This document shows, in pieces, positions 12,032-25,700 of a DNA stretch of 64,000 bases. This DNA comes from Geosiphon pyriformis uo1. Lineage: Eukaryota; Fungi; Glomeromycota. The notes under the pieces were generated by a model, which saw only the letters and a list, made by a program, of their open reading frames with translations, was not told the DNA's origin and ran no database searches. Numbering within the stretch: position 1 is the stretch's first letter; each line of letters begins with the position of its first letter. The position numbers and the translations under genes were made by a program. The stretch is taken from the NCBI GenBank assembly GCA_016748015.1, contig JAAOMT010000222.1, forward strand, positions 437,924-501,923. Direction: 5' to 3'.

Positions 12032-14275
12032 TGAGATGGAGGAAAAGCCAACGAACCCGATCCAGAACGCAGATGATCCAATCTATCCAAGACCGAGCGA
12101 ACTGAAGCCTCAAGAGCCATCATATTCGATTCCAAACCGCCAATCTTGGCAGTCAAAACCTTAGAACTGCTCGGACTGAAATCAACAACTGACCCACCAA
12201 CATTGGGAGAAGAAGAGGCAGACAACAACAACGTGCCATCCAACTCCAAACCCGGGTTCATATCTGAAACAACGGCAGTTGGAGACACCAAAGGAAGAGC
12301 TGAGGGAGAAGACGCTAATGACACCAAGTCAATGAAACTTAACTTCTTTAAAATAAGTGAGACTTGGTCTGAGAGAATTTCTACGGAGTGTTTCAGCACA
12401 GCTAGGCGACCACCTAGATCAGTAGCACCAGACAAGGAGGAATCCATTGAGAAAGCCATCAAACCAGAGACCAAACTGACACCAGGAGCACCTGAAGAGA
12501 CAACGTGAGAGAGGGAACTGCCTGCCACTTGGGCCCACGTCTTCCCACCAAAAGAAACTGGATGAGCAACAGGAGCCGACTTCTTTTTATATATCCCAGC
12601 TAGACAAACCCGATCTTGCTCAGAAACCACCCTTCTTCTTCGAACACCAGAATACACACCCAAGGAACAATTGACCGAAACATAACCAAATTGTTTACAA
12701 TAAGCACAACTGGCCAAAGAAAGACCAGCCCAATGCAAACTCACATTCCTGAAAACTGGAACGGTACCAATAGCAGCCAATTTGGATGCCTCATCACCAA
12801 AACAAATTACAGCACATCTATCACGAACATATGAACTAGGGTTACGGCCGATATAACAAGTCTTCCCACCATATGATTCCAACAAATTAGAGAGGTTATG
12901 AGCATTAGTGCCAACTGGAAGAGTATAAAATAAAGCCCGATGCTGATCCCTCGATACCCATGTTTGTTTATCAATATTTGCTTTTGCCACTCAGACCAAA
13001 TTCTTTCCCATGAGCACAGACCATCTAGCTGCGACCAAATCAGCCATCTCAGATGATTCATATTNNNNNNNNNNNNNNNNNNNNATCACCAAAACAAATT
13101 ACAGCACATCTATCACGAACATATGAACTAGGGTTACGGCCGATATAACAAGTCTTCCCACCATATGATTCCAACAAATTAGAGAGGTTATGAGCATTAG
13201 TGCCAACTGGAAGAGTATAAAATAAAGCCCGATGCTGATCCCTCGATACCCATGTTTGTTTATCAATATTTGCTTTTGCCACTCAGACCAAATTCTTTCC
13301 CATGAGCACAGACCATCTAGCTGCGACCAAATCAGCCATCTCAGATGATTCATATTCTACTAGGGCCTTTTGCCAAAGACCAATAAGCTGCACTTTGATT
13401 GAAACGATCTTGCCAAACTTGGAGAACACTGTCTCAATTGCCGATTTGGGAAGATCTACTGGAATTTCCTTGACAATCACCTCCCGATCTGAATGGCTGT
13501 TTACTTTTCTTAGATCATCATTTACCAATATTTTTTCACAGATTGCCATTTCCCTCACCTTAAACAAACTTTTTTCAGATGTAAATGATGATCTTATTAT
13601 TCCAGGAAATTTTGAGGGAGTCAAAGCCCCCCCAAAACCATCAACCTGATAAAAAATTTTTTTCACACAAACCAACTTATCACCAATAGTTTTGCCAGAA
13701 ACGGCAGATAACTCAATATCCAATGCAAACAATTTCGACGAATTAAAACTCCGTTTCTCCGGAGCACGTGACCCGGCTGGAAGAAGGCAATTGGACCCAC
13801 AAAATTTAGGACTCGGAAGAGACAGAGTGTCTTCACCATCACTTAGCACGTTGAAAGAGAGAGGTAGCGGCTTACTGTTCAGAACATAGGTGTGGGTACG
13901 CGTCTTCCTAGGCGTGGCATCATTCATGTCGTCGTCCAAACCTGAAACATCTGACTCTGCATAGCTAGTTTCCTCAGCAATGACGTTTTCCAAGTTATCT
14001 AAGTCCGAAACGCCACTTATGCTGTCCACTTCGCTGTTGACCTCACTAGCCCACGATCGCCTAATATTAGGTCTGTCACCACTTTCATTCATAACGTTCG
14101 AGACACCAGCAGACGACTCCACCAAACCGTCAACCGCCACAGGTTTCTTCGGCTTCTTATAGGATGCACCGCGAGATTGAGAACCAACCGAACGCTTATT
14201 TTTGACACCAGACTGGGTCCCCAACCCAGCCGAAACGGACCCAGAACCACCAGCAGCAATGCCCACTGGTTCCAT
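12028..14275 (-). pseudogene. LINE-A ORF1: RRM-like domains, CCHC knuckle and coiled coil
   Basis: ORFs 13283-14281 and 12028-12990. VIVKEIPVDL...FSKFGKIVSIK...ALVEY is RRM-like. CAYCKQFGYVSVNC is a CX2CX4HX4C knuckle with H>Y. One in-frame TGA and an assembly duplication lie inside. Confidence 0.85.
12793..13356. other. Assembly artefact: exact 272-bp duplication around a 20-N gap
   Basis: 12793-13064 is identical to 13085-13356, and the ORF track gives identical translations for both. Confidence 0.9.
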
Positions 14276-14859
14276 AGCCACAAAAAGGGGAATGTCTGAA
14301 GAAATAACTGGAGAAAGGTGAAAGGGAAAGGGAAAAGGAAGGCTATTTCAATAACAACTCAAAGCTCTCATTGTGACCAGGGGATCAACGAAAGCAAAAG
14401 TTATTATATTAATATTTAATATATCAAAAAACCAATCTATAATACCAAAAATTAACTTGGTTTATTAAGTTTTTTAATAATATTATTCAAATTTCTAAAA
14501 TTAAGATTAAAATTACTAAAAAACAATCTAGTTTTTTTAATATTATTTTTAATCTCAAAACCACATATTTGTTACAAAGCAATTATACAGTTACATGTTT
14601 TTTTACTCAAAGAATTTGCTTTAGCAGTACTTAAATTATTATTATTCATGTTATTAAATTTAATCTTAGATTTAAAATTAACAAAGTTTTTAGATACACC
14701 AGTTAAAAAAAAACAAAATTTTTGGAAGCATTAAGCATAATAAGCAAATTTTTTTCAACTTTGTGATTCTTGTACATATTTTTAAACACAAAAAAATAAT
14801 TAAAACAACCAAAAAACCTATAAATTTAACAATAAATTTTATCAAAACAGTGTTATCAG

Positions 14860-15340
14860 AAGATTTTCACACTTTTCAATGCAAAAATTACAACACATAC
14901 AATGGAAATTAACATCAAAATCATGTGAAAAAGGTCTATATCATTGCACTTAATCAACAAAATCAACTGGCAATCTGAAAATAAATGATCAGCAATTAAT
15001 TTAATTACAACAAAGAAATATGGCACAATTCAACAGTTTAACTAAGTTGGATACAAAGAAATTTTGGCAAACTAAGAAACACCAATGGAAATGAATGATT
15101 GACATATGTAATCAGATAACAACAGGTTTTGTTATGCTCCAAAATTCTCATATGTCCTTATTAGAACAATCTAACATTCCAGATCTGCGATCAATGGTTA
15201 AAAGTAGTTACCAAGAAATGTAATCAATTGATCTACTTTTGATTATGTTGATTATAATCACAATTGGTATTATTAATTGACAATTAATGTTCTAGATCCA
15301 GCCATCTAAATCTGATCATCTAAAAATCACTAGCTCTGAG
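14860..15340 (+). pseudogene. Possible eroded protein-kinase fragment
   Basis: MAQFNSL...WK*MIDICNQITTGFVMLQNSH resembles kinase subdomains V-VIa, and HNWYY*LTINVLDPAI* resembles subdomain XI. No HRD or DFG is visible. Confidence 0.2.
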
Positions 15341-16259
15341 AAAATAACATGTTGAGTAAAGCTTATCATGAATTGATTAAATTAAAATGTATAAATAATT
15401 GATGTATTTTAAATAGTTCTAATATAGTATGTAAATCTGATGTAATTTAGCTATATATACAGCCCCTCTGTCAGCTCAGGAAAGCATCAGTTCAATACTA
15501 AGCCAACTCTTTGCTATAGTTTTATAGTGAACAGTTAGTCCTTTCTTCTATTCCTTATACTTTCTTTCCCCTTTTTTATGCTTTAAATACTTGTCATCAC
15601 AATCTCAAGTATGTTTTCTCATATTCCTTATTACCATTTGAAATCATGTTGTTTATAATCTTTTACTTACTTGTTATTACCATTTCAAGTTGTTCTATTA
15701 CTTCCGATCTTTTAAATCATGTGTTATCACCATTTCACATTAAGTCTTGTTTTACCAAACAAGTTGTTAAATATAAAAAATAAGTAATAAAAGATCACAT
15801 TGTTAAAGAGTGATCTCAACAATAAAAAGTTTAAGCAAAATCTATTTCAGTTATGTTTGACTTTCATAATTCTTTTTATAATTCCTATAACTTTGTTTTC
15901 AAAGTGGGTATTTGAACACCACATCCTTTCGACAATTAATTGAAAAAATTTTGGTTACATATTTCTTTAAGTAGTTGGTTTTACTCCTTGTTGCTGGTTG
16001 CGCTTCTGATACATATAAAGAGATGTGACTTTTCTTTTCTCTTTAAAATACCTAAGACTGGTTCTTGTCCAAAAACAAATAATAATGACAATACTTTCTT
16101 TCACTTTTAATGATTTTATCACGTATCCCCTTTCACTCTTCCACTTACTGAAATAATTCATACACCCATAATATGCTATAGTCAGTAGTATAATTATGGT
16201 AATGTGTGTTCCAAGTGAAAGTTATTGTCATTGCTAAGAAGTTACAAATCCATAGCTTT

Positions 16260-17370
16260 TATCCAGTAACAACAGCCAAATTTAAAATCTGAGATTGCAA
16301 AAAATTCAATCTAAATTTGATAGCAAAATTAGCAGCAAAAGCAGCTAAAAAAGCAATAAGAGAAATTAAAATAACAAAAGTTATAACATAAGACTTGTTA
16401 TTAATAAAAAATAATATAAAAAATTTAGAATTAGCAATAAACTTAAAAAATAATTTAAAAAAAATAAATAAAAACATTTTACAGTCAACAAACAAGTAAA
16501 CCAAACTTTGATATTTGTAATAGCAACAACATTCAAAGATTTTTAACCAAATACAAAATTTGTCCAAAGTACTAATTTTTATTATAACAAGTTTTAACAT
16601 TTTATAAAACTTAAAAGTAACAACAGCAAAATTTTGATAACAATAAAAATCAAAAAAATAAAAAATAAAGCAAATATAATTACTAATCTAAAAAATTATA
16701 TTATTAATCTCAAAACAATACAATCAAAAAAAAATTGACTGATTTAGTCTTGAAAAAATCTCTTAAAATAATGATTTTTTTTGATTAAAAAGAAAAAAAA
16801 TTCAAATATTGTTTTTTTTAACTAGCACAAATTAGTTAAAAAAACAGCATAGCAGAAAAAAAGTCTTTAAAAGTTACAATGATATATTATTACAAATTAG
16901 CAAACTTTAATTTCACAAAAATAACAACACTAAAAACATTAAAACCATTTTTAATATTATTAGAAAATGTGTCAAAAGAGACATTATAAAATACAATAAA
17001 GATAGAAAAAAAAAAACCAAAAGTTATTACAAAAAATTTTGCAACTTTAAGTATAGTTAAAAAGAAAAAACTATTAATAATAATATTAAAAACAATAATC
17101 AAAAAAGTCTTAAAAACAAAATCTATACAGAATAATTTGTTGTTGTTTTTAAAAATTAACTTAAGTTTAACAAAGTTAAGCAACAAATAAAACAGAAAAT
17201 TAACCAAACCCAATTTGATTTTAAAAGTAATATTAAATATTAGAGTAGAAATTATCTATTTAAAAAACTTTTAATAACTAAAAATTGTTTTTTAAATATT
17301 ACCAAAAGCAGTACTAAAAAACAAAAAAGCAAAAGTATATTTAATTTCTATTTAATTAGCCTAATTTTTA
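16260..17370 (+). mobile_element. Degenerate gag/protease-like fragment of a different LTR element
   Basis: ATA TTA AAT ATT AGA GTA GAA at ~17230-17250 reverts by transitions to I-L-D-T-G-A-E (retropepsin). Strong A skew typical of a decayed coding strand. Confidence 0.4.
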
Positions 17371-18429
17371 AGAATTTATTTATTTATAATTAATATTTTA
17401 GATTTTTAAACAATAAAAAGTAAAAAAAACTTAAAAAAAGCAGAAAAAAACCTAAAATTTCAGATTAACTAAACAATTTACAATGTTAATAAACATAGTA
17501 CTTAATATATAAAATAAATTTTACTAAATTTTCAGATTACCAAAAAAAATTATAATTTTGTTTATATTTGTCTAAAATTTGTTATTATATAACAAATTTT
17601 TAAGTTAAATAAACAGTTTTATAAAGAATATTGAATTTTAATTTTAAACATTTATTTGTTTAAAAAAATTAATATTATTTTTTATAATCTTAACAATTAT
17701 CTTATTATTTTTAGTTAATTAATTAAAAATCGAAATTATATATAATAATATCTTTAAAAAAAATTATTACAAAAAATCTTAAATTTTATAAATATTTTTT
17801 TTTCAAATTCAAAACAAATTTTATTATTAAAAATTATTATATTATTATTAAAAAACTATCTTAAATTAACATAAAACAACTAAATCATAATAACAAAAAC
17901 AATTTATTATAAATATGTAAACATATTTACTAAAAACAATAATGATTTAAAAAAATTTAATTTAGTTTAATACCAAATTTATACAGAAAATACAAAACCA
18001 AAATAACAATAAACTTATTAAATACTACTTAATAGTTATTAATTTTTAGAAAAAAAATACAACAAATATTTAACAATAAACTTATCTAATTGTTAATAAA
18101 TCTATAAGTTTTATGAATAGTTCTTATTAAAAAAAATAAAAAAATCCAATTTTGTGTTAATTATTGTTAACTAAATAATATTATAATTAAAAATGTTTAC
18201 TTTTTACTATAAATTAATAATATGTTTAATGCTTTTAAAAAATTTAAATACTTCTCAATATTAGATTTGAAAAATAGATATTAACACATTATAATAAATT
18301 CTAAAAACTGTCTAAAAACAGCTTTTATAATTTAAAAAAAAATTATAAATTTAATATAATGTTTTTTAAATTATATAATATACTAACAATATTTTAACAA
18401 CTTATAAATATTATTTATACTGAATTTTT

Positions 18430-20037
18430 TTTTTATATTAGTTTAATAAGTGCAGTTTAACCACTATTTAGTATACAGAAACAAAGCAAAATAAATTAAA
18501 CTAAACATGGTTCATGCACTTTCTACACATGAACAACCACTCAGGCCAATCAAGACAGCACTACACACTCACAAAAACTTTATCACCATTATTCAAACCT
18601 GAAAAAAACAAACACTGTCTTCTAAAACCAAAACTAATAACAAAAGACTTGATTATACCAAGCATGTAAACCACACTCTCAGATAGCAGACTAGACAAAC
18701 CATGTAGAAGAACAAAGACTTCATCTATGGCACAAACTAAACCACTCTTTTTTATGTCAACCCAAAATTTAGATTTCAATAGTTATGCTCTATTACAATG
18801 ACTCTCAGCCAAATGATGGACAAAATTAATGACAATAAGAATAGCACACTTTCTATCTCCAAAGACAGCAATAGCTTCCCTAATCCAATCTATGAAAACA
18901 AAATCTTTGCACAATGTGATGTACACACTGTCATTTAAGGCTTCAGCAAGAGTAAGAAGCACTGAAGACGAAACCGAAAAACAATCATCTACCAAGGACT
19001 TCTATAAGTTGATGTGGTCAGAGATAACTTCAGAATACACCACCAAATCAACAGAGCATGTAAAAGCATGGTCGGAAAATTCAATATCATCACACATTAG
19101 GCACAAAACACTTGGGTAGCACTTGTCATACAATCTTTTTCAAATGGTCACTGGTAATCTTCTATGCACAGCCTTCATTAGATAAATACATAATGTAGCT
19201 AACTTCCTATTAGTAAACCCTGCCAACATATAAGAATCAGGATGTCAAACAGAGGCAGTACATTCCCAGTCAACATGCCAGATATTCAAACTGTTCAAAA
19301 CATTAGCTCTAAACTCAGCCTCTCATAAAGTCCAGTTTATAGCATAATATATGTCATGAACAAAATAATGGGTATTACCAGAAATAGTGAGACCATCTGC
19401 TATGAGAAATCTATTAGAAATGCCAATTGGAAGAGCTAATTCTGAATCAGCCATGGTATGAGCAAAAGTATCTGCATGATCATTGCTTGCAATGCCTGAA
19501 TGCCCTTTCATCTTAACCCATTTTATTGAAATGTTTTTTGACCTGATTAAATTAAAAATATGATATCTCTTCATCCAGCAACTATTTTGAAAGTTGAATT
19601 GGCATAATTTACTTTCTTGTGCACAAGCATCTAAAGCCACTTGGCTATTTAAGTAAAGCACCACAAAGCATGATAAAAAAATGCACTCTAATGCCAAGGC
19701 AATAGCCTATAGCTCAGCCAAAGTAGATGATAGCAAATCCTGAACTCTCACACTTATACCCAAACTGATCTCAGAAAAAAAAACTGCCACCCCACAAGCT
19801 ATATTTCCTGTATCCAGGCCACTCAATGAATCATTAGTATATATGTTTAGCTCTTTAGCCCAGACCTTATGCAACTACTTATAAACACGCAAGTATTCAT
19901 CCAAACATAGAAAATTAAAACAGTTCACACCAGTTTCGCATGCTCCAGATCTTGTTAAATAATCACTTATATGCACAAAAGCTTTAATAAACCATGATAG
20001 CACTGGACTTCTAGGATTCAATTTCTTCCAATACCAA
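18430..20037 (-). mobile_element. LINE-B: 5'-truncated copy with RNase H, CCHC, 3' UTR and poly(A)
   Basis: WVKMKGHSGIASNDHAD; CLMCDDIEFSDHAFTC. TSD ACTGAATTTTT at 18419-18429 and 20038-20048. Confidence 0.9.
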
Positions 20038-20835
20038 ACTGAATTTTTATGACAATTAATAGTTGTTTATTTTAATAATATTAATATCTATTTATTATTT
20101 TTCAAAGCTTATTTAATTTATTTATAAAAAGTTTTTTAATAATTATAGAAAACAAAATTAAAACTAAATATTAAAAAATACTATTTTGAAAAAACAAGTT
20201 TGGTTTTTTTTGGTTATATTATTAATAGAAAAAAATCAAGTCAAACTTAGAAAAAATTAGTGTTATTAAAAACTTTAAAATTTTTTAAAATACTACTAAG
20301 TTAAAAAAATTTACAAAATTAGCATTATATTATAAAAATTTATCAAAAAATTTTCAGAAATTGCCAAATTATTTAACAATTTAATTAACAAAGATTATTA
20401 ATATTAATAAATATTAAAACAATAAACTATTTTTAATATTCTTAAAAAAAACTAATAATAATTTTAATCTTAGTTTATTTTAATTTTAATAAAAGATTTC
20501 AACTAATTATAAATGTTTTTTATATAATTTTGGTATTATTTTATCTCAATTAAATAACAATAACAATTAAAAAATAATTGTCTATATTAATAAAACTTTA
20601 AAACCAGTAAAACAAAATTATTTTGCTATTAAATTAGAAACAACAACTATAATTTGGGCTTTTAAACATTTTAATCTTTATTTTAGATTTAAAAAATTTA
20701 AAAATTTTTTTTTTCTCTTGTCAATCCCCTGACCACAATGAGAGCAAAAGATAATTTTGAAGAAATCATTTTTTCTTTTTCCTCTCCCCTCAATCCCTGT
20801 TAACTATTTCTTCTAACTTACTTTTATTTGTTGCA

Positions 20836-22788
20836 ATAGAACTGGTAGGCTTGTCTGCTGGTGGTTCTGGTTTGGGTTCAGCTGGTTTGGAGACCTGCCA
20901 GAGTGCTAAAAACAAGCATGTTGATATGGTCTACTCCTGTGGTGCGTCCTACAAGAAGCCTAAAAAGCCTGCAGCTGGCATTTTGGTTGAGTCGTCCACT
21001 GGTCCTCTATGTTTGGAAGATTTGAGTGGTAACGATAGTAAGCCGGCAGTGTCCTGGGGAAGCAGAATGGGTAGCATTTTTGGCAGTGTAAGTGGTCTTT
21101 CGGATGTTGAGAACTTGGGGAACTTGGTTGCCAAGGAGATGAGCTATGTTGATTCAGGTGAGAATAATGAAATGAACGAGGTTATGCCGTAAAGGACTTG
21201 TACTTAGATGTATGTGTTAGAACAACCTCTTAAGGCACCTCTATTTGCTACTATGACTGACGACAATAATGATGGTGATGACTCTGTGTTGCTGCCTCCT
21301 AAAATCAGTGGGTCCAATCAGCTGCCCTCTTTTAAGTCACGTATTCTCAAGAGTCATAGTTTCGGGCCAGTGAAATCATTTGTTCTGGATGTGAATTTGT
21401 TAGCTGTTCCTGGCAGGACTAATAGTGATAAGCTCATGTCAATCAAAAATTTTTTTTACAAAGTTGATAGTTTTAGGGGAGCTTCAACTTCCTCAAAATT
21501 TCCTAGTGTTATTCATTCAACTTTTACAAATGAGTCTAGTTTGATTAGGGCCAGAGAATTGGCAGTTAATAAAAATATTGTTGTCAATGGTAATCTCAAA
21601 AAAGCAAACATTTATTTGAATTGGGAAGTGATCATTAAAGAGATCCTGGTTGATCTTCTAAAGTTGGCTGTAAAATCAGTTTTTTTTAAATTTGGCAAGA
21701 TCATTTCCATTAGAATGCAATTGATTGGTCTGTGGCAAAAGACCCTGATAGAATTTGAATCATCAAAGGTTGTCAGTTTGGTCACTTCTAAGTGGTCTGT
21801 TTTTGTGAAAAAGAATTCAGTTTGTGTAGCGCTGGCTGTTAATAATAAACAAACATGGATGTCAAGAGATTGTCATCAGGCTTTGCTCTATACTCTTCCA
21901 GTTGGTACTTTAGTCCATGATCTGTCAGATTTGTTGGTATTGTATGGTGGGAAAACTTGTTTCATTGGCCGCAATCCTGGTTCATATGTCCGTAATTGGT
22001 GTGCTATCATTTGTTTTGAGAATGAGAATGCCAGATTGGCTGCTGTTAGTACTGTTTCAATTTTCAAGGATGTTAGTTTGCATTGGGCTAGTTTTGTTTT
22101 GGCTAGCTGTACCAGGTGTGAGTGGTTTGGTCATACCATTATCAACTGTTCTGTGGGTAGAAGTTCTGGTGTTTGTGGAAAGAGGGTGGTTATTAATCAG
22201 AATTGGGTTCATCTGGGTGGTATATATAAAAAGAAGTTGGCTCCTATTACTTGTCCAGTTTCATTTGGTGGCAAAACATGGGCCCAAGTTGCTAGTGGCA
22301 CCTCTTCCTGTGTGTATCTTCTTGGTTCTTCTGGTTCTGGTTTGTGTTCTGGCTTGGTTCATCCTTCAGTGGCCTCTGATCGTCTTGTTGTTTCCCATTT
22401 GGGTGATCATTTGGCGGTTTTGGGATGCTCTTTGGAGCTTTTGGCTAACCATGTTTCTGGCATCTTGGTTAGATTGGATTCCTTTGGTGTGGCTTTTTTG
22501 GTTCCTTCTTCCTTGGCCTCCCCTTTTGTTGTTTCTGTGGCTTTGAGTTCTGAAGTGAATTCAGATATAATTGTGGACAATACTTTGAGTTCATCTGATA
22601 TTACTTTTTCTGTCACTATTGATGCTGTTGTCGACCTCAGTACTAGTAGTTCCAAGGTTTTTACTACCAAGGTGGGTGGTTTGGAGACAAAATTGGTCAC
22701 TTTGGAGGCTTTAGTTGGTTCAGTTTTGAATAAGTTGAATCTTTTGTGCTCTGATTCGGGTCTGTCAGCTCCCATGTTATCTCTATGA
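20836..22788 (+). pseudogene. LINE-C ORF1
   Basis: ORFs 20851-21192 and 21208-22788 are in frame and homologous to LINE-A ORF1; knuckle CTRCEWFGHTIINC; start codon decayed to ATA. Confidence 0.85.
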
Positions 22789-25700
22789 CTCACTTAATTT
22801 GGAAGATTGCCACGTGCAATGTCAGAGGTATAAACAATTGTGCAAAGCAGACAGACATTGTTCGTTGGCATAAAGATATGAACAATATGGTTTCTATTGT
22901 CACTAAAACAAAGTTGAAGGAAAAAATTTGCTCTTGAATTGCTGATAAGTTTGATGGTGTTCGTGTTTTTACTTTTGGACTGGATTCTGGTTACATGGAA
23001 TCTGGTGTTGCGATTATTTTGGACTCTTCTTTGGCAAAACATGTATGTAAAATTTCAGAGGTGCCTGGGCGGCTTCTGTTGATTAGATTGTTTTTTAAGA
23101 ACAAACTCTTTGTGTTTATTCTGGGGCTGTATGCTGATATGTCTTCAGCAGTTCATTTCTCTCAGACTGGCAAGGTTAACTCTCTCATTGCTAAGGCTGT
23201 GAATGAGTCCTCTTTTGTTATTCTTGGTGGTGATTTTAATGAGGATGGTTCTCACAAGTGTGCAAGTTTCAAAAAATGTTTTGATTTGGGTTTGGTTAAA
23301 TCTCTGGGGGAGGAGCTCTTTTGTGAAGTCACCCACTTGGTGCAATTCTCATGGCATCACTAAAATGATTGATTATGTGCTCATTTCTTCTAATTTAGTT
23401 GATGCGGTGGTGGATTGTGGTGTGGATGGCATTGAAGACTATTTTAATACTGATCACAAGGCTGTGTCTGTTTCTGTGGGACTGAGAGGCCTGCTCAATG
23501 TCAAGTTAAACTCACTGTGCAAACAAGCAAATAAAGATTGTTGAAAGTATGATATCAAAAATGCCAGTGAGGTTAAGTGGTTTGAGTTCAGGGATGCTAT
23601 GACTGCTAATGTTGTTATGTTCTTGGATGAGTTTGTTGCAGCTAAATGGTTTTCTGATCTGGATGTAATATGAGACATTGTTTATAAGATTATGGTTCTT
23701 TTGGCTGAAGGAATGTTCAAGAAAAAATGGTTTAATAGTTTTGATTGTGTTTTTAATAAAGTGTTTTCTCAGTTTTATAAACTGGAGCTACTTGGGTCTA
23801 AATTGGTGAAGACTTTTTGGTTGGTTTCAGGCAGGAATTTTGCCTCGTTGTTGAATACTTGAAACAGGCTTGATTCTGTGGGCACTTTGTCTGTAAAATT
23901 TCTGTTTCTTTCTGGTGCTGGTTTTGACGTGATCTGTTTTGGACTGGCTAAGACAAAGAAGTTTTACTGCTCTTCTAAGTTGTTGGAATCTAAGTGTGCT
24001 GAGAAATCTAGTATAAGGCAGGCTATTGAAAGGAGAATAGAAAGTTTTGAGGTGGATAAGAGTCACATCATCAGAAGTATTTTGAAGTGTCCTTTTCGTA
24101 AAGTGGTGTTAGATCATTTGATGAATGGTGAGGAGTTGGTCTTAAAGTCTGAGTTGGTTAAATCTAAGGTGGATGGAATTATGGAGGGTTGGACTAGAAA
24201 ACATGTGGTGATTTCTGATATCTCTGGTAATTAGGCAAGGCAATTTTAGTCTTTGGATCATGTTTTCGATGGTGTCTTCTCTGATGTGATACATTCAATC
24301 GGTTTTGATGAGATGTTTGGTGTTATTTCAAATTTGCCCAATGGGAAAACAGCTGGTCTTTCTGGTATCACAAACAAACTTTGAAAACACTGTGACAAGT
24401 CAGTCTTAGATATGCTTTTGGTGCTTTTAAATCTTTGTTTGGATTGTAAGTTAGTGCCTGGACCTTAGAGAGAAGCCTGGGTTTCAATGATACCTAAATC
24501 TTATGAGTGAGAGGGAGTTCTTACAAATACCCACCCCATTGCTTTGATTGAGACAGCTTGCAAGATTCTTTCTAAGATTCTTTTGGATCAGATCTTTCTG
24601 GCTTGTAACACTTTTGATGTTCTCTGTGGGGACAATTTCTCTGTTCTGAAAAGTACATCTACTCAATCACCTATCTTTGCTATTGGCTTGATAATCGAAG
24701 ATGCTTTGGAAAAGAACTGAGAGTTGTGGCTGGTTTTACAAGATATGCGCAAAGCTTATGATTTTGTTGATTGGGAGCATCTCAAGAGAAGTTTGATCAG
24801 GATCAAAATGTGTGATAAATTTATCAGATTTTTTGGTGGCATTCATAATGGTTGCACTAACAGAGTGATGACAGATTTTGGTTTGACTGATGGATATCAT
24901 GTTCACGATAAATTAGATCAAGGGGAGGTTTTTTCGCCACTTCTCTGGCGCATATTTTATGACTTGCTTTTGTGTAAGATTAAGAGACAGGAGAGTATTT
25001 GTGGTTACAGGTTGATTTCCCATTTCATTTCTAAGATTGGCCGGGTAGAATCTCAAGCTGGGCTAATGTTGTTTCTGGCCGCTGGTGCTTTTGTTGATGA
25101 TACTATCTGGGTTGGTAGCAGCCAGACTGCTACACAACACATCTTCAATGTTGCTAGTGATTTCTTTTGTTTGAATGACATTTTGATAAACAATAACAAG
25201 ACTGTGGCCATTCTTATCAACTATTGGGTTGCTGCTCCTTATTTAACTATCTGTGGTCTGCCAATTTCCATTGCTAAGAAAGATGAACCTCATTGTTATC
25301 TGGAGATTTTTTTATCTTCTGATGGTCTTTCGAAGCCTAGCTTGGTTAAGGCATATTCAGATGTTTGGTTCTTCATCAATCTTATTCTAAGAAAAGTTAT
25401 TTTGGATAAACAGTTTGCTTATTTGGTGTCTTCAGTTCTCTTTCCTATTGTTGGCTACAGAATTCAGTTCAGTTTTATTCCTCTCAGTGTGTGTAATAAA
25501 TGGGATGCTTTGATTTGCAAGGGCCTGAAATTCAAATCTGGACTGCCTTTGGACTTTCTCAATGATGCGCTCCATCATCTTTCCTTGTACAATTTAAAAA
25601 CTTTTGAGCAAATTCAGGCTGAGAGCAAGTCAGCTTCTATCATTGCATTTGCGAATTTGGTTGGTGTTTTGGGTCACTTGTTTTCTCATAGGTCTTACAA

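Larger units (their letters stand above)
7544..14405 (-). mobile_element. LINE-A: full-length non-LTR retrotransposon, the youngest copy in the window
   Basis: Poly(A) at ~7541-7549, then 3' UTR, ORF2, ORF1 and a short 5' UTR. Candidate TSD ATATTAATATTT at 7532-7543 and 14406-14417. Highest GC and CpG content in the window. Confidence 0.95.
4630..14444 (+). mobile_element. Degenerate, internally deleted gypsy element, family 3: gag end, protease, Cys-rich region, dUTPase, PPT and 3' LTR; LINE-A sits inside the LTR
   Basis: Protease at ~5060-5450 (IKLILNNKSAKSII). dUTPase-like sequence at ~6370-6730 parallels 44490-44925. PPT AAAAAGAAAGAA at ~6915-6926. LTR 6930-7543 plus 14418-14444 matches the reverse complement of 48112-48966 and 63839-64000. 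Confidence 0.7.

Noticed and set aside
12793-13356. Biological tandem duplication within ORF1
   Set aside because: The two copies are identical and flank an N gap, which indicates an unmerged contig overlap.
8302-14162. Antisense ORFs within LINEs (e.g. 9214-9576, 12146-12508, 13302-13649; also 34593-35042 and 61774-62322) as ORF0-like genes
   Set aside because: They are in codon register with the sense ORFs, mostly lack ATG starts, and their boundaries are not conserved between copies.
15792-15816. Inverted repeat AGATCAC-N11-GTGATCT
   Set aside because: A single 7-bp stem is expected by chance and has no supporting context.
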